A stretch of 63,440 nt of DNA, counting the filler, from Octopus bimaculoides (Eukaryota): assembly GCF_001194135.2 (NCBI RefSeq). It is 8 parts of 8 records of this genome, joined end to end, with 100 filler letters (N's around TTAATTAATTAA, not from the genome) between each part and the next. Parts side by side here need not be neighbours in the genome. Positions count along the whole stretch, not along the records: positions 20,235 to 30,453 come from NC_069006.1; positions 30,554 to 40,666 come from NC_068984.1; 6 more parts are not named here. One strand, written 5' to 3'. The number at the start of each line of letters is the position of its first letter. Within the stretch, counting starts at the first letter, position 1. The notes below the pieces were generated by a model. That model made no database searches. It saw only the letters and a list, made by a program, of their open reading frames with translations, and was not told the DNA's origin. A program made the translations under genes and the position numbers. Shown in pieces: positions 23,747 to 38,184 of the stretch.

Positions 23747-25172
23747 TCTCTTTAGTTTAAGTTTCACAGAAATTTCACTTCAATTTCAGGCAGCATTTAG
23801 TGATTAATATTAAAGCTGTCCAACCCATATCAGCCTGCTGAAGTCTTTGTAAAACATAGGTCCAGTTTCAAAATGTGTGCTACAAAATAGAAATGAATGA
23901 CAGAAGAAAGAATAAAAAATGTTCTTCCTTACACTTTAATCTTCATCATTTCCTTCAAATTGATTGTAAACAACGTTAGTATGCTTTTTGGGATATCGTG
24001 CATGTCAGAATTGGTTGAATAATTCAGCCCCATGTGATTTGTTGTAATACAGGAAACTCATCTTAATAACTAAGTGTATTTGAATATTTCTCCCTTATAT
24101 TTGAAGGTTCCCTAATTCCTTCGCAAAGAACGCAAATATCATGAGTATGGTTCTTCTGAAATCGTGCGTTTCAGAACTGTTTGAGCCATGCGGTTCTGTG
24201 TTCTGTAGGAAGTCCGTTCTTTTAATAGCTAATTGTCTTAGCCGCATAGACAAGACAATGGTGCTTATATGACACGATTCGCATCTGCGAATATGGTTTT
24301 CTCAGTATGTCAAATACTTTCCACATCACCATTTATTCTCTAATATTTATTTGAAATGTCAATGTATTAGAATTACCCTAAAGACATGGTTACTTCCGAT
24401 GGTTCCGATTAAAAGTGGTGTAGAAAGACATGATAATCGTATGACCTCACACAATATGTTCACCTATAAAGCGGTAGATTTTTCATCGAATCATTAAACA
24501 AGTTGATCAGTAAAAAATAAATAAAAAACAAAAACATTGAGCATAAAAAAATTCTAAGCAAGAGAAATAAGAGAAACTCAAGAAAGAATGTGAATAAAAT
24601 GTGTATATACCTATGTAAGTGGGTACGTATGTATTTACGTATGTAAGTAGGTATATACGCATGTATGTATATATATATGTGTGTGTATATATATATGTGT
24701 GTGTGTGTGTGTATGAACGAACGTACATTTGAACGCTTGTAGGTAGGGAATATGTTTTCTATGCAGGTACCGATGTCCACACGCGCCCGCACGCACACAC
24801 AGACACACACACACACACACACACACACATATTTATATGTATGTGTATGGATGTCTATGTTCAGATATACGTGAGTCTGTGTATGCACGATTATATCTCG
24901 ACGCACTCATGCATATATATATGTATATATATATATATATATGTCTGTGTATATATATAGAGACATCCATACAAATACACACCCATATATATATATATAT
25001 ATATATATAGATGTATGTGTGAGTCTACACACATACCTGAATACAAAACATATTCCCTAGCTACAAGCCTTCAAATGTACGTTCGTTCATTCGTNNNNNN
25101 NNNNNNNNNNNNNNNNNNNNNNNNNNNNNNNNNNNNNNNNNNNNNNNNNNNNNNNNNNNNNNNNNNNNNNNN

Positions 25173-25217
<45 letters not shown>

Positions 25218-26066
25218 ATGTATATATATACATATACATATATATACATATGTATGTGTGTGTGTGTGTGTGTATTATGCATAAGTATTTATATATGTGT
25301 GTGTATGTGTGTGTGTACATATAAATATATATATACATATATGTATATATATATATGTATGTATAATCAAATATATATATAATCACATGCGAACGCTTGC
25401 ATACGTACAATGTTGGCATGTGTGTGTGAGATCATACATATAGGAATGCATGTGTACGTTAGGTGTACACATGTGCATGTGCGTGTGTGCATGTGTATTT
25501 ATATGCGTGTACATGTGGGTGTGTATATTGATTAGCGGACATTTCGGTGATGTAGCTATCAACTATTCGGCTTCGGCGTCGGAGAAGCTGAAAGGAGAGA
25601 ATACGAAAAGAAATACAGATAGATAGATAGATAGATAGATGGATAGATAGATAGGTTGAAAGAGAGAGAGAGATAGAGAGTGAGAGAGCGTGACAGAGGG
25701 AAGAAGAGATGAAGAGGGAGAGAAAGAAAGACAAACGTTATTTACAAACGTACATTTTAATTATCTCCTTGTCAATAGAATGAATCAAATCTAATCTACT
25801 ATACACATTCTGTACATAGTAAACATCTAACTTGGCTGCTGACTCCATTTTCAATGCCTCTTTCTCACCGCCACCTACCTTTCTGTTGCGGTGTCATTTC
25901 GACATTTTCCCCCGTCGTCGGTCATCCGTTGGTTCAATGTTCATGAATTTTATCTTTGTTTTAGATATGGTTTTTGTTTTTGCTATTTTTTTCTTCTGCC
26001 TCTGTGTGTGATTAATATTTGCTCTTATCGTGGTAGATTATCTAACTTTTCTTTCTGTGAATGCAT

Positions 26067-26122
<56 letters not shown>

Positions 26123-26132
26123 NNNNNNNNNN

Positions 26133-26195
<63 letters not shown>

Positions 26196-26895
26196 GATCT
26201 ATCTATCGATCCATCGATCTAATTTCTATATCTATTTCCTCATCGGCTTAAAGTTAAATATTACAGTCCATAGAATTGTTGGACAATATACCCTCCGGTC
26301 GTTTTCTGTTTCATCTTCATCTCTATACACACGTAAATGTATATATATATATATATATATATATTACTTATATATACATACAAATAAAAACAAACATATG
26401 TATTTATATATATAGATACATTCATACATACATGCGTAAAAGTGTAGCTATATCTATTTTGGGGAACTTGTGTGTGTAGTCGTTTATANNNNNNNNNNGT
26501 GTGTGTGCATGTGTGTGTGAAGGCATGGAGCCTAGTGGTTAGGCTATTCGGCTTACAATCGTAAGGTAGTGACTTCGATTTCCGGCGATGCGTTGTGTCC
26601 TTGAGCAAGACACTTTATTTCACATAACTCTGGACCAGTCAGCTGGTAAAAATGAGTAGTATCTGTAATTCAAAAGGTCAGCTATGTCACATTCTGTGTC
26701 ACGCTGAATCTCCCCGAGAACTACGTTAAGGGTACACATGTCTGTGGAGAGCTCAGCCACTTGCACGTTAATTTCACTAAGCAGGCTGTTCCGTTGATCA
26801 GATGAACTGGAGCCTTTGTTGTAACCGACGGAGTGCCGGCTTTGTTTATATATATATGTATGCGTGTGCGCATGCGTGCATGCGAGAGAGAGAGG

Positions 26896-26987
<92 letters not shown>

Positions 26988-28323
26988 GTCTTTATGTTTC
27001 GGAATAAAGTTCGTCAGCGGAAAGCAGGTATAAAAAGATTGGCAAAAGGAAAGAAGCGATTTTTTGATGTGTTGTCAGGTTTCTACCTTTGGAAGAGAAC
27101 AGGAAGTGAGGCCGAAACGGAAGTGGTTTTCGGCTTGTAGAGTGATGCTAGTGGATGTAATGCACGAGTAGCTAGCTCTGTGCTTTGCTATGCGTGCGTT
27201 TGTGGGTGCGTGTTCACCTCTGTATGTGTGGTGCTTGGTCTGCATGCGTGCGTTGTGAGTGTGCATCATGTGTCTGTCTTTGGTGTTCGTGGTGATTCTG
27301 CAGATGCTTAACCTCTGCTCGAGCAAGTATATAATGAGTGGGTGCCCATGTGTGTGTATGCTGTAGTTACTTGTGTGTGGCAGCGTGTATGAAAGTGTGT
27401 CAGTTGTGCTTAGGAGTATTATTATAGCATTTGTGTTTATATGCGTGTGAGTGTGTGTGTTTGTGTGTGTAAATATCGAGAGCGAGAGAGAGAGTGAAAG
27501 ACAGATCGATAGATGTTTAGAATGATAGATATATAGTGAGGTAACGTCACTGAGAGAGAAAGATAGATAAATGGAGAGACAAATATTTCTTCTTGGTTAG
27601 TTTTCAATTATCTAATTTGCCAAGCCATCCACTTGTTTGGACGAATTCTTTCATAGCAGAAACTATTGGCCAAACTAAATACGTATACAACGAAATTAAT
27701 TACTAAATTGTCAGTTAGACTCTAATGCTTTTTTAATTTCCCTTAACTGTGACGGCCGCTTGTTTTCCACCATTTTTTTTTTATTGCTTCAAGCACCGTC
27801 GTACTTAGTGTTTCAGCACATTCTGATATTGCCTAGTCTTTTGCTATTTTATGTTCTTCAGCACTAGGAGTCGTAAGGCCAGACGCCTGGACTCCATAGC
27901 GTATAAGGGACCATACCGCCGAGGGTGACTTTGACCCATATCCTTTCAGGATAGATAAGTGCCAGTCGAGTACTGGAGTCGATGTAATCGACTTGCCCAT
28001 CCCCTCGAATTTGCTAATCTAGTGCCAAGATTTGAAACCGATATCACTCACATGGTGTACTTGCCCTATATACCACAGAGCCGAAGCGAGCACTGAACAT
28101 TGAGATGTGGAAGGTGATAACGCCAGGGAATTAAATTAAGGGTACGTGTACCGTTGGAATACCCAATTAAATTCTAATTATGTGGGAAGTTTAACTGATT
28201 TGAGATGCAGATTCTCCTCTTGCAGTTCGATGGATATCCATTCATTATGAGCTTGTGTTTGTGCGCGCGCTGGTGTGTACAAATGCTTAACAATTTCGTT
28301 CACATTGCTTTTATGTATACACA

Positions 28324-28364
<41 letters not shown>

Positions 28365-28387
28365 ATCTATCTGTTTATGTATGTATG

Positions 28388-28465
<78 letters not shown>

Positions 28466-28837
28466 GTATATACAATTTTCGGGATGGTTAGAAAAATTGT
28501 TAATTCCTCAGAAAAAAACTTGCTCAAATTAAAAACAAATTAAATGTATTAAACTGGAAAAAAATATATTTCAACAATTCAGACAATTTTTTTCACTTAA
28601 TTTCAACGATTTTGATGGGGTTTTTATAGCAAAAGAAAACCTGTGTAGCTAACTTCTTTTAATTAACAAATAATTAAGACGTTCAGATGTTAATTAATTT
28701 TAGGAGAGTCACAGCAAGTAGCAAAATTGCGTTATGTAATATCAGCGTGAAGACATGAACACCCACACCCACACCCACAACCAAACACCGCAGATTTTGT
28801 CAAACATTCATTAAAACTCCAACGGTTGCTGCTGATG

Positions 28838-28868
<31 letters not shown>

Positions 28869-29159
28869 CAACACCATCGCCACCAGCGCCACCAGTATTA
28901 CTACTACTAATTACTACAACTAGTAACAATAATTGTAATTGCTTTTAATTGTTGCATCAGGCGAGAAATGTTAGTGGGAGGCTTAGGGTGATTACATAGA
29001 CGTCAGCACGTCACTGGTGCCCTTACTTCATCAACCCCCAAAACGATGAAGGGCGGAGGGGAACTCGAGGGTATTTGAAATTTGAAAGAAAACAACCTGA
29101 AGAAAGCCTGCTAACCATTTTTGACCGACCCGCTAACGATTTGCCAGGTTGATCCCTTA

Positions 29160-29230
29160 ATAATAACAATAATAACAATAGTAATAATAATAATGATGAT
29201 GATGATGACGACGACAACAACAACAACAAC

Positions 29231-29289
<59 letters not shown>

Positions 29290-29415
29290 TAATAATAATG
29301 ATGATGATGACAATAACAATAGCAACAATAATAACAACAACAATAATAATAATAATAAAAATAACAACAACAATAATAATAATAATAATAACAACAACAA
29401 TAACAATAAAAATAA
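29160..29415. repeat. (AAT)n/(AAC)n/(GAT)n compound microsatellite
   Basis: Direct observation. Confidence 0.95.
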
Positions 29416-30163
29416 TATTCGATCTCCGTGGAATTTGGATTCAGAACGTAAAGAGGGGCGAAATACCAGCAAGCATTTTGCCTGGTGTGCTCCCGATTCT
29501 GCCGGCTCGCCGCCCTCAAATGAGTGAAACAAGTAAAAGAGTAAAAAAGTAAATATCAATCGAAATATATGCGTGCGCCTACAATCCTTTGTTTATATTT
29601 GCGAAGTGCGCTTGTGAGTTTGTGTTCGAATACGGGGGGAGGCCAGTGTTTGTTCGTACCAGTTAGTGTGTGAGGGTTTGTGCTTTGAAACCTGTGCTGT
29701 TTTTATGAAGAGGGTCTGTCTGGAGCTACGTATTTGTAAATATATGGGGTCTATCGATCCCTTATCCTACTGAAATGATAAACAGCCGAACTTGCCACAT
29801 ATTTTACATGGAACGTTCACACACACAGCCACGTACACTTATATGCATATCTGCAAACCCACAGAGATAACTACAGATACAAACTCACACACACACGCTC
29901 GTGCGAGCGCGCACACACACAAGATTAAATTCAGAGAGATACATAGACACAGCGATGCACTTATATAACTCCAAAACTAGCCATCTCTCTTCCCCCATCT
30001 CTCTCACGATATATATGCATACATATGTACATATGTGTTCATATATATACATATATATAGGTGTACATATACATATAAAAATATATATAGGTGTATATAT
30101 ATATATATATTTATTTTTATGTTTACGTATGTGTGTTTATGTATATATCGTATNNNNNNNNNN

Positions 30164-30227
<64 letters not shown>

Positions 30228-30415
30228 ATATATAAATGTAGCAAAAATAAAAATACTAAACGAAGAACAACGGTAAGAGAAAAAAACAATAGTACGAAAC
30301 GATATCGCGGTACTAGTGAATACCCATATGTTTGGTTGTGTGCTTGTATATGTGTGTGTATGTGTGAAAGTATGTTTGTGTGTATGATTTCATACACGCA
30401 CACACACACACACAC

Positions 30416-30453
<38 letters not shown>

Positions 30454-30669
30454 NNNNNNNNNNNNNNNNNNNNNNNNNNNNNNNNNNNNNNNNNNNNTTA
30501 ATTAATTAANNNNNNNNNNNNNNNNNNNNNNNNNNNNNNNNNNNNNNNNNNNNATGCTAGCATGGAAGGCGGACGTTAAACGATGATGATGATGATGATG
30601 ATCCTCGAAATTTACATCCAGTAATGTCTACTTGAACTACGCCTAAAATTGCTAGTATCATGAACCAAT

Positions 30670-31330
30670 ACCACCGGAGAACATTTTTGAAAGCATTTTT
30701 AGTTGTCTTGCTTTTTACAATTAGTCCTTTCTAATTTGGTGAAGCTGGATTAAGAAGTGCCCTCAGAAATTTTCTTCTCAGTCAAGTTTGCTGTTAAACA
30801 AGGATTCATTTTTTTTTTTTACCAAAAAATGTCAATTTTGCCATTAAATGCAGCACTGAAATAAGAAACTAACACGAGCCAAATAGTACTTTTTTTAATG
30901 TTTAACAGATATATTACACAAAATGTTTCATTACACATCTTAGAATAGATATTTCTGTTAAACTGGAGTTTCAGCTACTCACGGAATGAACTTTCTCTTC
31001 TCTGCTTTATGTGAATAAATTGCATCATGGCCGTCTCTTTGCAGTGACCTGCGGTAGACAGCATCATTGTGTTACCTTGTTACCTAGTCTCAATGTACCC
31101 GATGTCTTGATTGAATCTATCACCTGGTTCTTCTATTTTTGCCTTATGATTTCCCAGTAAGTATATTTATACTCTTGTGACAATAACAGCAATGCTTGAA
31201 AAATTGACATCTGACTTAGTGGAAATTCTTGATGTGATAGAGCAAAATGGATTTCATTTTTGAAATCAGGACTCCAGAATTACTAGTAAATATATCTCCG
31301 ATACCAGACAAGAAAAACCTTGCTCCCCAG
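30670..31330 (-). mobile_element. Internally deleted DNA transposon with a transposase C-terminus (tentatively Sola1-like)
   Basis: EEPGDRFNQDIGYIETR*QG...SLQRDGHDAIYSHKAEKRKFIP* matches the GERFHQDI..ME.RYQG..DYCW.L.R family. Boundaries are approximate. Confidence 0.65.
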
Positions 31331-32768
31331 CGTAATTCATACATATTTTGGGGGAGGGGTCAGCCGATAAAATCCACGGNNNNNNNNNNTATATATATAT
31401 ATATATTATTACTGTACCTATGTATCAATCCACACAGACACACATACACATACATATATAGAGAGAACAGTGTAGCAACACGGTGGTGCATCAGCATGGC
31501 CGCAGCTCTAAGCTGAAACTATAAAAAAAATATATATATATACACATATATATATATATTTATATATATATATACACATATATATATATATTTATATATA
31601 TATATTAGCGTATGATCATGAATAAAGATATGAATTATGATAGGGTCAGATATCTCACCTATAACATCTAACTATTATTACTATATTTCCGTACTAAAAT
31701 GATATGATCACTACAATGTGTATCTACAATAATCATGAAAACAGTTATTACACACAAAAATATTAAGTAGCATTACATACAAGTACAATTTAAAATTAGG
31801 TCAACAATATAATTAAAATTAACTCTGCAAAACATATTCTGTTGTCGAACGGCTTAACTACATATCAAAGATACAATGCTCGTTTTTTATTATTTCCTTC
31901 CATTGAAACACAATGATTCCTATGTCTTTTGTGTAATATTTTATGCCTTACTGTTTCTCTTTATTAGCTCTATATTATTTCGCAAATATCCGAACGAAAT
32001 GGGTTATTAGATCAATGAGAAATGTGTGACAAGAAAAATAGTATATTTCAGTACAGAAATGTCAAAGAATAAAATATTTCCGAATGTTAACAATTTTCTA
32101 GCACAAGTCGTTGAAGCCACATATATATTCATGTAATGCACTTTAAATAAGTTGAAAAGATTTTTTTTACATCCTATGTTACTATTGAAAATAAATAATA
32201 TCGTAATGATGATTCTTTTCAATATTATTTCTACTATAGGCACAGGGCCTCGAATGTTATATTGTCAGGAAGGGGCTAGTCTATATTGTGAAACCCAATG
32301 CTCGACTGGTACTTATGTTATGGACTTTGAAATGATGAAAGATGAAGTTCACCTCGGTGGTTTTGAACTCACAACGTAAAAAAGCTGCCGAGAAAAATTT
32401 AGAAGCATTTAGCACAATATAAGCATTCTACTGGTTCACAATCAAATGCTGATTATAACACTAATTATACATATTTGTAAATGTATGTGAGTGTATGCAT
32501 ATATTTCCGCGTATACACACACACATATATTTTACTGCGATGGTGTGTGTTAAACAGCGTCGATTATTACAATTCTGTAAATAATAATAATAGTATTTTA
32601 TAAGCTTAATGCTTATAAGCGGTCACCACACAATGACTAAAGAAAATAGTCTAATAGTGGGGCATATAAACCCACCTCCTCGACGGAAAAAAAATATAGG
32701 TTTTCCAGTACGCGTAGGACTCGAAGTCACACATCTTTGTTTTGGGGACAAGAATATAAATTTTGGAT

Positions 32769-32826
32769 ATCATGCTGATTAGTGGAACGAATCTTTATAT
32801 TCTAATCACGAAACGTCGTACATGAT
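32769..32826 (+). ncRNA. Hammerhead-derived motif with G8U core change (probably inactive)
   Basis: ATCATG / CTGATTA / GTG...CAC / GAAAC-GTC-GTA / CATGAT. Perfect 6-bp stem I and GUA triplet. Confidence 0.6.
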
Positions 32827-32884
32827 TGACTAACGGCAGGTTTGTTTTCGTTTATCTTCTCTTCGTTTTTGTTCTATGTGTGCC

Positions 32885-33085
32885 ATAAATATTGCCATCC
32901 GTTGGAGAAAAATTTGGAAAGTGATAGAATTTTTTTTACCACCTTTGCATATAAAACTTGGTTTGTTTAAGCAATTTGTGAAAGCCTTTGGACAAGGAAT
33001 CCTCTGCATTCGCATATCTTGCAGAAACGTTCCCTTCCCTGAATCAAGCTAAAATTAAAGAAGCTTTCTCCATAGGTCCCCAAAG
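32885..33085 (+). mobile_element. Transposase fragment of the same superfamily (tentatively Sola1-like)
   Basis: FLPPLHIKLGLFKQFVKA/LDKESSAFAYLAETFPSLNQAKIKEAFSIGPQ, with one frameshift. Confidence 0.75.
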
Positions 33086-33197
33086 TTCCCACTTTAATAT
33101 GCCACATCTTTTGTATTTCAATTTACAGTTCTTTATATTTACTTAATTTGTCAAATTCTTTTACTAATATATTTTTATCAGTGAGGACACTTATATC

Positions 33198-33199
<2 letters not shown>

Positions 33200-33264
<65 letters not shown>

Positions 33265-33700
33265 TGAGAGAGCAGTGTATGCCATCAAAGTGACACTGGT
33301 ATAAAATATACGAAGCCTAGTATACTAATCATGACTACACGTCTGAGATAAGGGTAAACCAGGCACATGCATCACAACTATACATGCGCAACATAGTGAT
33401 CTCATATCAATATAAACAGCACGTGATCTTGCAGATGGGTCCCAGTTAGAATTTTTCTCCAGTTTGAGTAGCCCATCCCGCTCAAAATGTCCCTGAATAA
33501 GAGTTGTTTAAAGATGTTGAACAAAACAACAATGTTTCCAATGGTGAATCATCCAGACCCCAAAGAATTCCTTTCAACGCATGTCTATGATGCTCCCCTA
33601 CTACTTCTGCCCGTGATCAGAGATGCTTATATCGTCAACCACCAAGGGACGTGCTCAACTGGTTAAGGTCAAGTAACTGACAAGCAAATCTGTGGTATTG
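33200..33700 (-). mobile_element. Probable non-LTR retroelement 3' UTR ending in an (AAT)n tail
   Basis: Unique-looking segment terminating exactly at a long (ATT)n tract. Clade (possibly R4/Dong) is not determinable here. Confidence 0.4.
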
Positions 33701-34258
33701 ATTAATCATCATCATTATTTTTGTTGTTGTTGCTTTTGTTGTTGTTATTACTGCTGCTGTTACTATTTCGATATTTTTATTATTAAAGCATTGAATTGGT
33801 AGAGTTGTTAGCACACCGGACATGATGCTTAGCAACATTTCATCCATTTTTACATTCTGAGTTCAAATTCCACCGAAGTCGACTTTACCTTTCATTCTTT
33901 CGGGGCTGCTAAAACATATGCCAATTGAACACTGGGATCGATGTAATCAACTAAAGTTTCAGACAGTATACCCACAAGAGGAAGAATTGTTAAAATTGAC
34001 CTTAATAGTATTTGTATTGTTATTGTTGATGGTATGAGAATTGACTCCTGGTATAAAATGTAATTCCATACATTAAACCGTTACAGATCAGAGAATATAG
34101 TGGAAAGTAGTTATTTGGATATCATTCGTAATGCCTTTTTTATATCTCTAGGTTTGTAATTGAAATACATCATTTTTATATTCTACAAAATTGCGCATTA
34201 ACATACTACGTACAAATCACTATTTTACAATATGTACTCACGTTCAAGCTAGCTATTT

Positions 34259-34294
<36 letters not shown>

Positions 34295-34532
34295 NNNNNN
34301 NNNNNNNNNNNNNNNNNNNNNNNNNNNNNNNNNNNNNNNNNNNNNNNNNNNNNNNNNNNNNNNNNNNNNNNNNNNNNNNNNNNNNNNNNNNNNNNNNNNN
34401 NNNNNNNNNNNNNNNNNNNNNNNNNNNNNNNNNNNNNNNNNNNNNNNNNNNNNNNNNNNNNNNNNNNNNNNNNNNNNNNNNNNNNNNNNNNNNNNNNNNN
34501 NNNNNNNNNNNNNNNNNNNNNNNNNNNNNNNN

Positions 34533-34994
34533 TATATAGGATTTCATTAAACCTGGGTCATCAATCATTGCCGAAGTATACTGCAGCCAACTGGGCCAGA
34601 TGATGCAACAGCCTAGATTACTCAACCGATACACTCCTATTTTATTGCAAGACAACGCTAGACCACACATTGCAAAAATGACATTGGCTAAACTATAGGA
34701 GTTGGAGTTGGAAGTTCTCCATGATCCACCGCACTCACCTGATCTTGCCCCACTGACTTCCACTTCTTCCAGAATTTGGATAACTCTTTGATATTAAAAT
34801 AATTTAATTCCCACGATGCTGCTGTAAAATTGGCCTTCCAACATTTTATTGCTTGCCAGGCTCTTACAGTTCCGGGCTGGACAAGCTACCGCTGAAATAT
34901 GGGTACATGCTTTGATGAATAAAACTATTCCTTGTATTTATAAAACATTAGCTAACTATTTTTTTTTCTATAAATTTCCTACTTGACGACCAAA
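34533..34994 (+). pseudogene. Mariner transposase 3' fragment, decayed
   Basis: ILLQDNARPHIAKMTLAKL*ELELEVLHDPPHSPDLAPTDFHFFQNLDN (HDNARPH and YSPDLAPxD motifs) followed by a TIR-like end. The 5' part is lost in a gap. Confidence 0.9.
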
Positions 34995-35785
34995 TAAATG
35001 AAAACTATCTACATTCCAACAGCAATATTATTAGAAGCATCTTAAGAGAGATAAAATCGTATAAATAGCGTTGTTTTTCTTTAGAGTTCCTTTCCTTGTG
35101 TGCGTGTATGTGTATGTGAGTGCGTGTGGGTGTGCGTGCGTTCGTGTTTTATATGTGTGTTTGTGCGCGTGTGTGTCGGTATAAATATTAAAAAAATATC
35201 ATCAAAGTGTTAATTATAGATTGAGGTACACGTAGTGCTCAGTCCTCGTACACCAATCAATTCTTTCATCGGTTTTGAAGCAAATCTATACTAGATTGGT
35301 TTCCAGCCATAACATTCAAAATGTATAATGATCTTAATTGAGTACTACAAAGTAATATAACACTTATCATGTATTTTGATATTAGGTGAAACGTAATTGT
35401 CTGAATAAGTCGAATAAATTTCCTTTAGATAACATTCTTGTGGTAGCGACACATTTTCCGATTATCAGAGTAGTTTTACTTTTATTGAAATTTAAAATAT
35501 GGCCAGCAGTTCATATAGAAAATATTTTCAGTCATAAGACACGCTTGATATCCTATGCTGTTGATATCATAGGAGACTGTAATACATTCACCCGTCTACG
35601 GAGTGTGGAGGTGATAATAAATGACTATTGGTGTTTTAATACGTTGCCTAAAGAGAAAATATTACTGCAAGGCTAACCCACGGTTGAAGTCATGGTTTTT
35701 ATAGCTGCAATAAACCCCAAATATACATGTGTGTCAGAGTGTGATTGTATGTGTGCATGTGTGTAAAAAAAATAAAAGACAGACT

Positions 35786-35838
<53 letters not shown>

Positions 35839-36382
35839 AGGATGCGGAGAAGTAAAACACTATGTATGTTTCCTAAGTTAAGAATATCTATATAATGACT
35901 TATTAAAACAACTTCATAATTAAGTATGGAGAGCGCGTTTTCCTTAGGGTAATAACATGGTAGTCTGCACCTGAAGAAAATAACCTATTCATCATTGATT
36001 ATGATGTTGCTTCAATAACTCATAATTTGAATTTTGTGCACTTTGGAAACATGTAGTGCTTAACTGCTTCCAGTCCTTTCATTTACACACCTACTTGTTT
36101 CATAGTTGATAACATAAGTGCTTTTGACCTGGAGTTGTGTAGCACCTATAATCATATCAAGATTACCTTTTTAATTTTGATGTCGGTCGAAGTGTATTTA
36201 ATATATTGCTTAATAAATTTTTATTGATTGATGATTTATTGTTTCCTTGCAGTGTACTATACAAGAAGAGAATACGCTAGGAGCTAACTGGCTGTTTTAC
36301 CACGATCGATTGGATCTCATATGCACGCGCGTGTTTGTGTGTGCGTGAGTGTATTTCTAAATGTCTGTATGTAGATAAGTAT

Positions 36383-36417
<35 letters not shown>

Positions 36418-36556
36418 ATTAGGTAGTTAGTTAGTTAGTTAGTTAATTAGGTAGGTAAGTGGTTAATTAGTTAATTATGTAGGTAGGTAGTTAATTAGTT
36501 AATTATGTAGGTATGTATGTAGGTAGGTAGGTAGGTAGGTAGGTAGGGAGGGAGGG

Positions 36557-36626
<70 letters not shown>

Positions 36627-38066
36627 AACTGGTAAATAGATAGACTGCTGCTGTCAGATTATTTGAAAAAAAAATAACTGCATATTTTTTCTTTGACATT
36701 GTATATTGTTTAGATACATGATGGCTATAGGTGCATAATTGGCTGTGTGGTAAGAAGCTTGCTTCTCAGTCACATGGTTCCGGGTTCAGTCCCACTGCGT
36801 GGTACCTTACCTTAGGCAAATATCGTCTACTATAACCTATGTATGTGATTTTGTGTCTGTTCCCCATTATCGCTTGCCATCCGATGTTGGTGTGTTTATG
36901 ACTCCGTAAGGTAGCGGTTCGGCAAAAGAAACCGATAGAATAAGTACTAAGCTTACCAAGAATAAGTACTGGGGTCCATTTGTTCAACTAAAGGCGGTGC
37001 TCCAGCATGGCCGCAGTCAAAGAACTGAAAAAATTAAAAGGATAAAGGAATAAAAGAATAAATATTATTTAAAAAAAGACTTAGAGATTTCATATCTAAC
37101 ATCTGAAAGTATTCTAAGATGCATTATTTTAAACAAACGTTAATATCGATAGTAAATGCTGCAAAATATTGCTGCTCGTACTTGTATTTGGTGAAATAAC
37201 CAAAATCAACGAAAAAAGTCTGTCTCGAAATTGCTTAGTCCGAATTATTATAAGCAATAATAAAGTGATAAATGCCAATTCAAAAGTTTGTACCAAAAGC
37301 TCCAAATAGTTGAAATGATCTATATTTTCGAAACGTGTGAAACTAAATCAGTTTTGTAATTAATTCTGTATAAACATTGTATATTATTCCCAGTGGGTAG
37401 CAAATTACATTATAACTTTTTATCAGCTAAAATTTTACAGATAATTTTGTATGCGAACTATGTACCTACAACAATTTTTTCGACGTAGTTTTTTCAATTA
37501 TATATTTCTAAAAATATGTATATGTTTGAACCTCTGGAAGATATATATCTGTATNNNNNNNNNNNNNNNNNNNNNNNNNNNNNNNNNNNNNNNNNNNNNN
37601 NNNNNNNNNNNNNNNNNNNNNNNNNNNNNNNNNNNNNNNNNNNNNNNNNNNNNNNNNNNNNNNNNNNNNNNNNNNNNNNNNNNNNNNNNNNNNNNNNNNN
37701 NNNNNNNNNNNNNNNNNNNNNNNNNNNNNNNNNNNNNNNNNNNNNNNNNNNNNNNNNNNNNNNNNNNNNNNNNNNNNNNNNNNNNNNNNNNNNNNNNNNN
37801 NNNNNNNNNNNNNNNNNNNNNNNNNNNNNNNNNNNNNNNNNNNNNNNNNNNNNNNNNNNNNNNNNNNNNNNNNNNNNNNNNNNNNNNNNNNNNNNNNNNN
37901 NNNNNNNNNNNNNNNNNNNNNNNNNNNNNNNNNNNNNNNNNNNNNNNNNNNNNNNNNNNNNNNNNNNNNNNNNNNNNNNNNNNNNNNNNNNNNNNNNNNN
38001 NNNNNNNNNNNNNNNNNNNNNNNNNNNNNNNNNNNNNNNNNNNNNNNNNNNNNNNNNNNNNNNNNN

Positions 38067-38097
<31 letters not shown>

Positions 38098-38184
38098 TTC
38101 GGGTGAATATGGTACTTAAGTTTAGGCACCAGAATTTAGTATGGTATTATCCATACAGTTTCAAAATAAGATGGTTAAAATCAG

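Noticed and set aside
24060-24340. Possible L1/Tx1 zf-RVT remnant (KNGLPTEHRTAW...CVLC) on minus
   Set aside because: Similarity is too weak to assert by eye; needs an HMM search.
27795-27866. Minus-strand CTGAAGA...GAAAC-ACTAA-GTA hammerhead-like motif
   Set aside because: Stem II is out of register and stem I has only about 2 bp; at best a very decayed copy.
28079-28142. Possible non-coding exon ending AAGG|GTACGT
   Set aside because: Weak acceptor and only a tiny ORF; unverifiable.
31045-31157. Plus-strand exon-like segment (TTTGCAG...GTAAGT)
   Set aside because: It is the antisense strand of the transposase fragment.
36253-36343. Strong acceptor (TTTCCTTGCAG) and a possible donor
   Set aside because: No recognisable protein and no partner exons; cannot be supported without RNA data.
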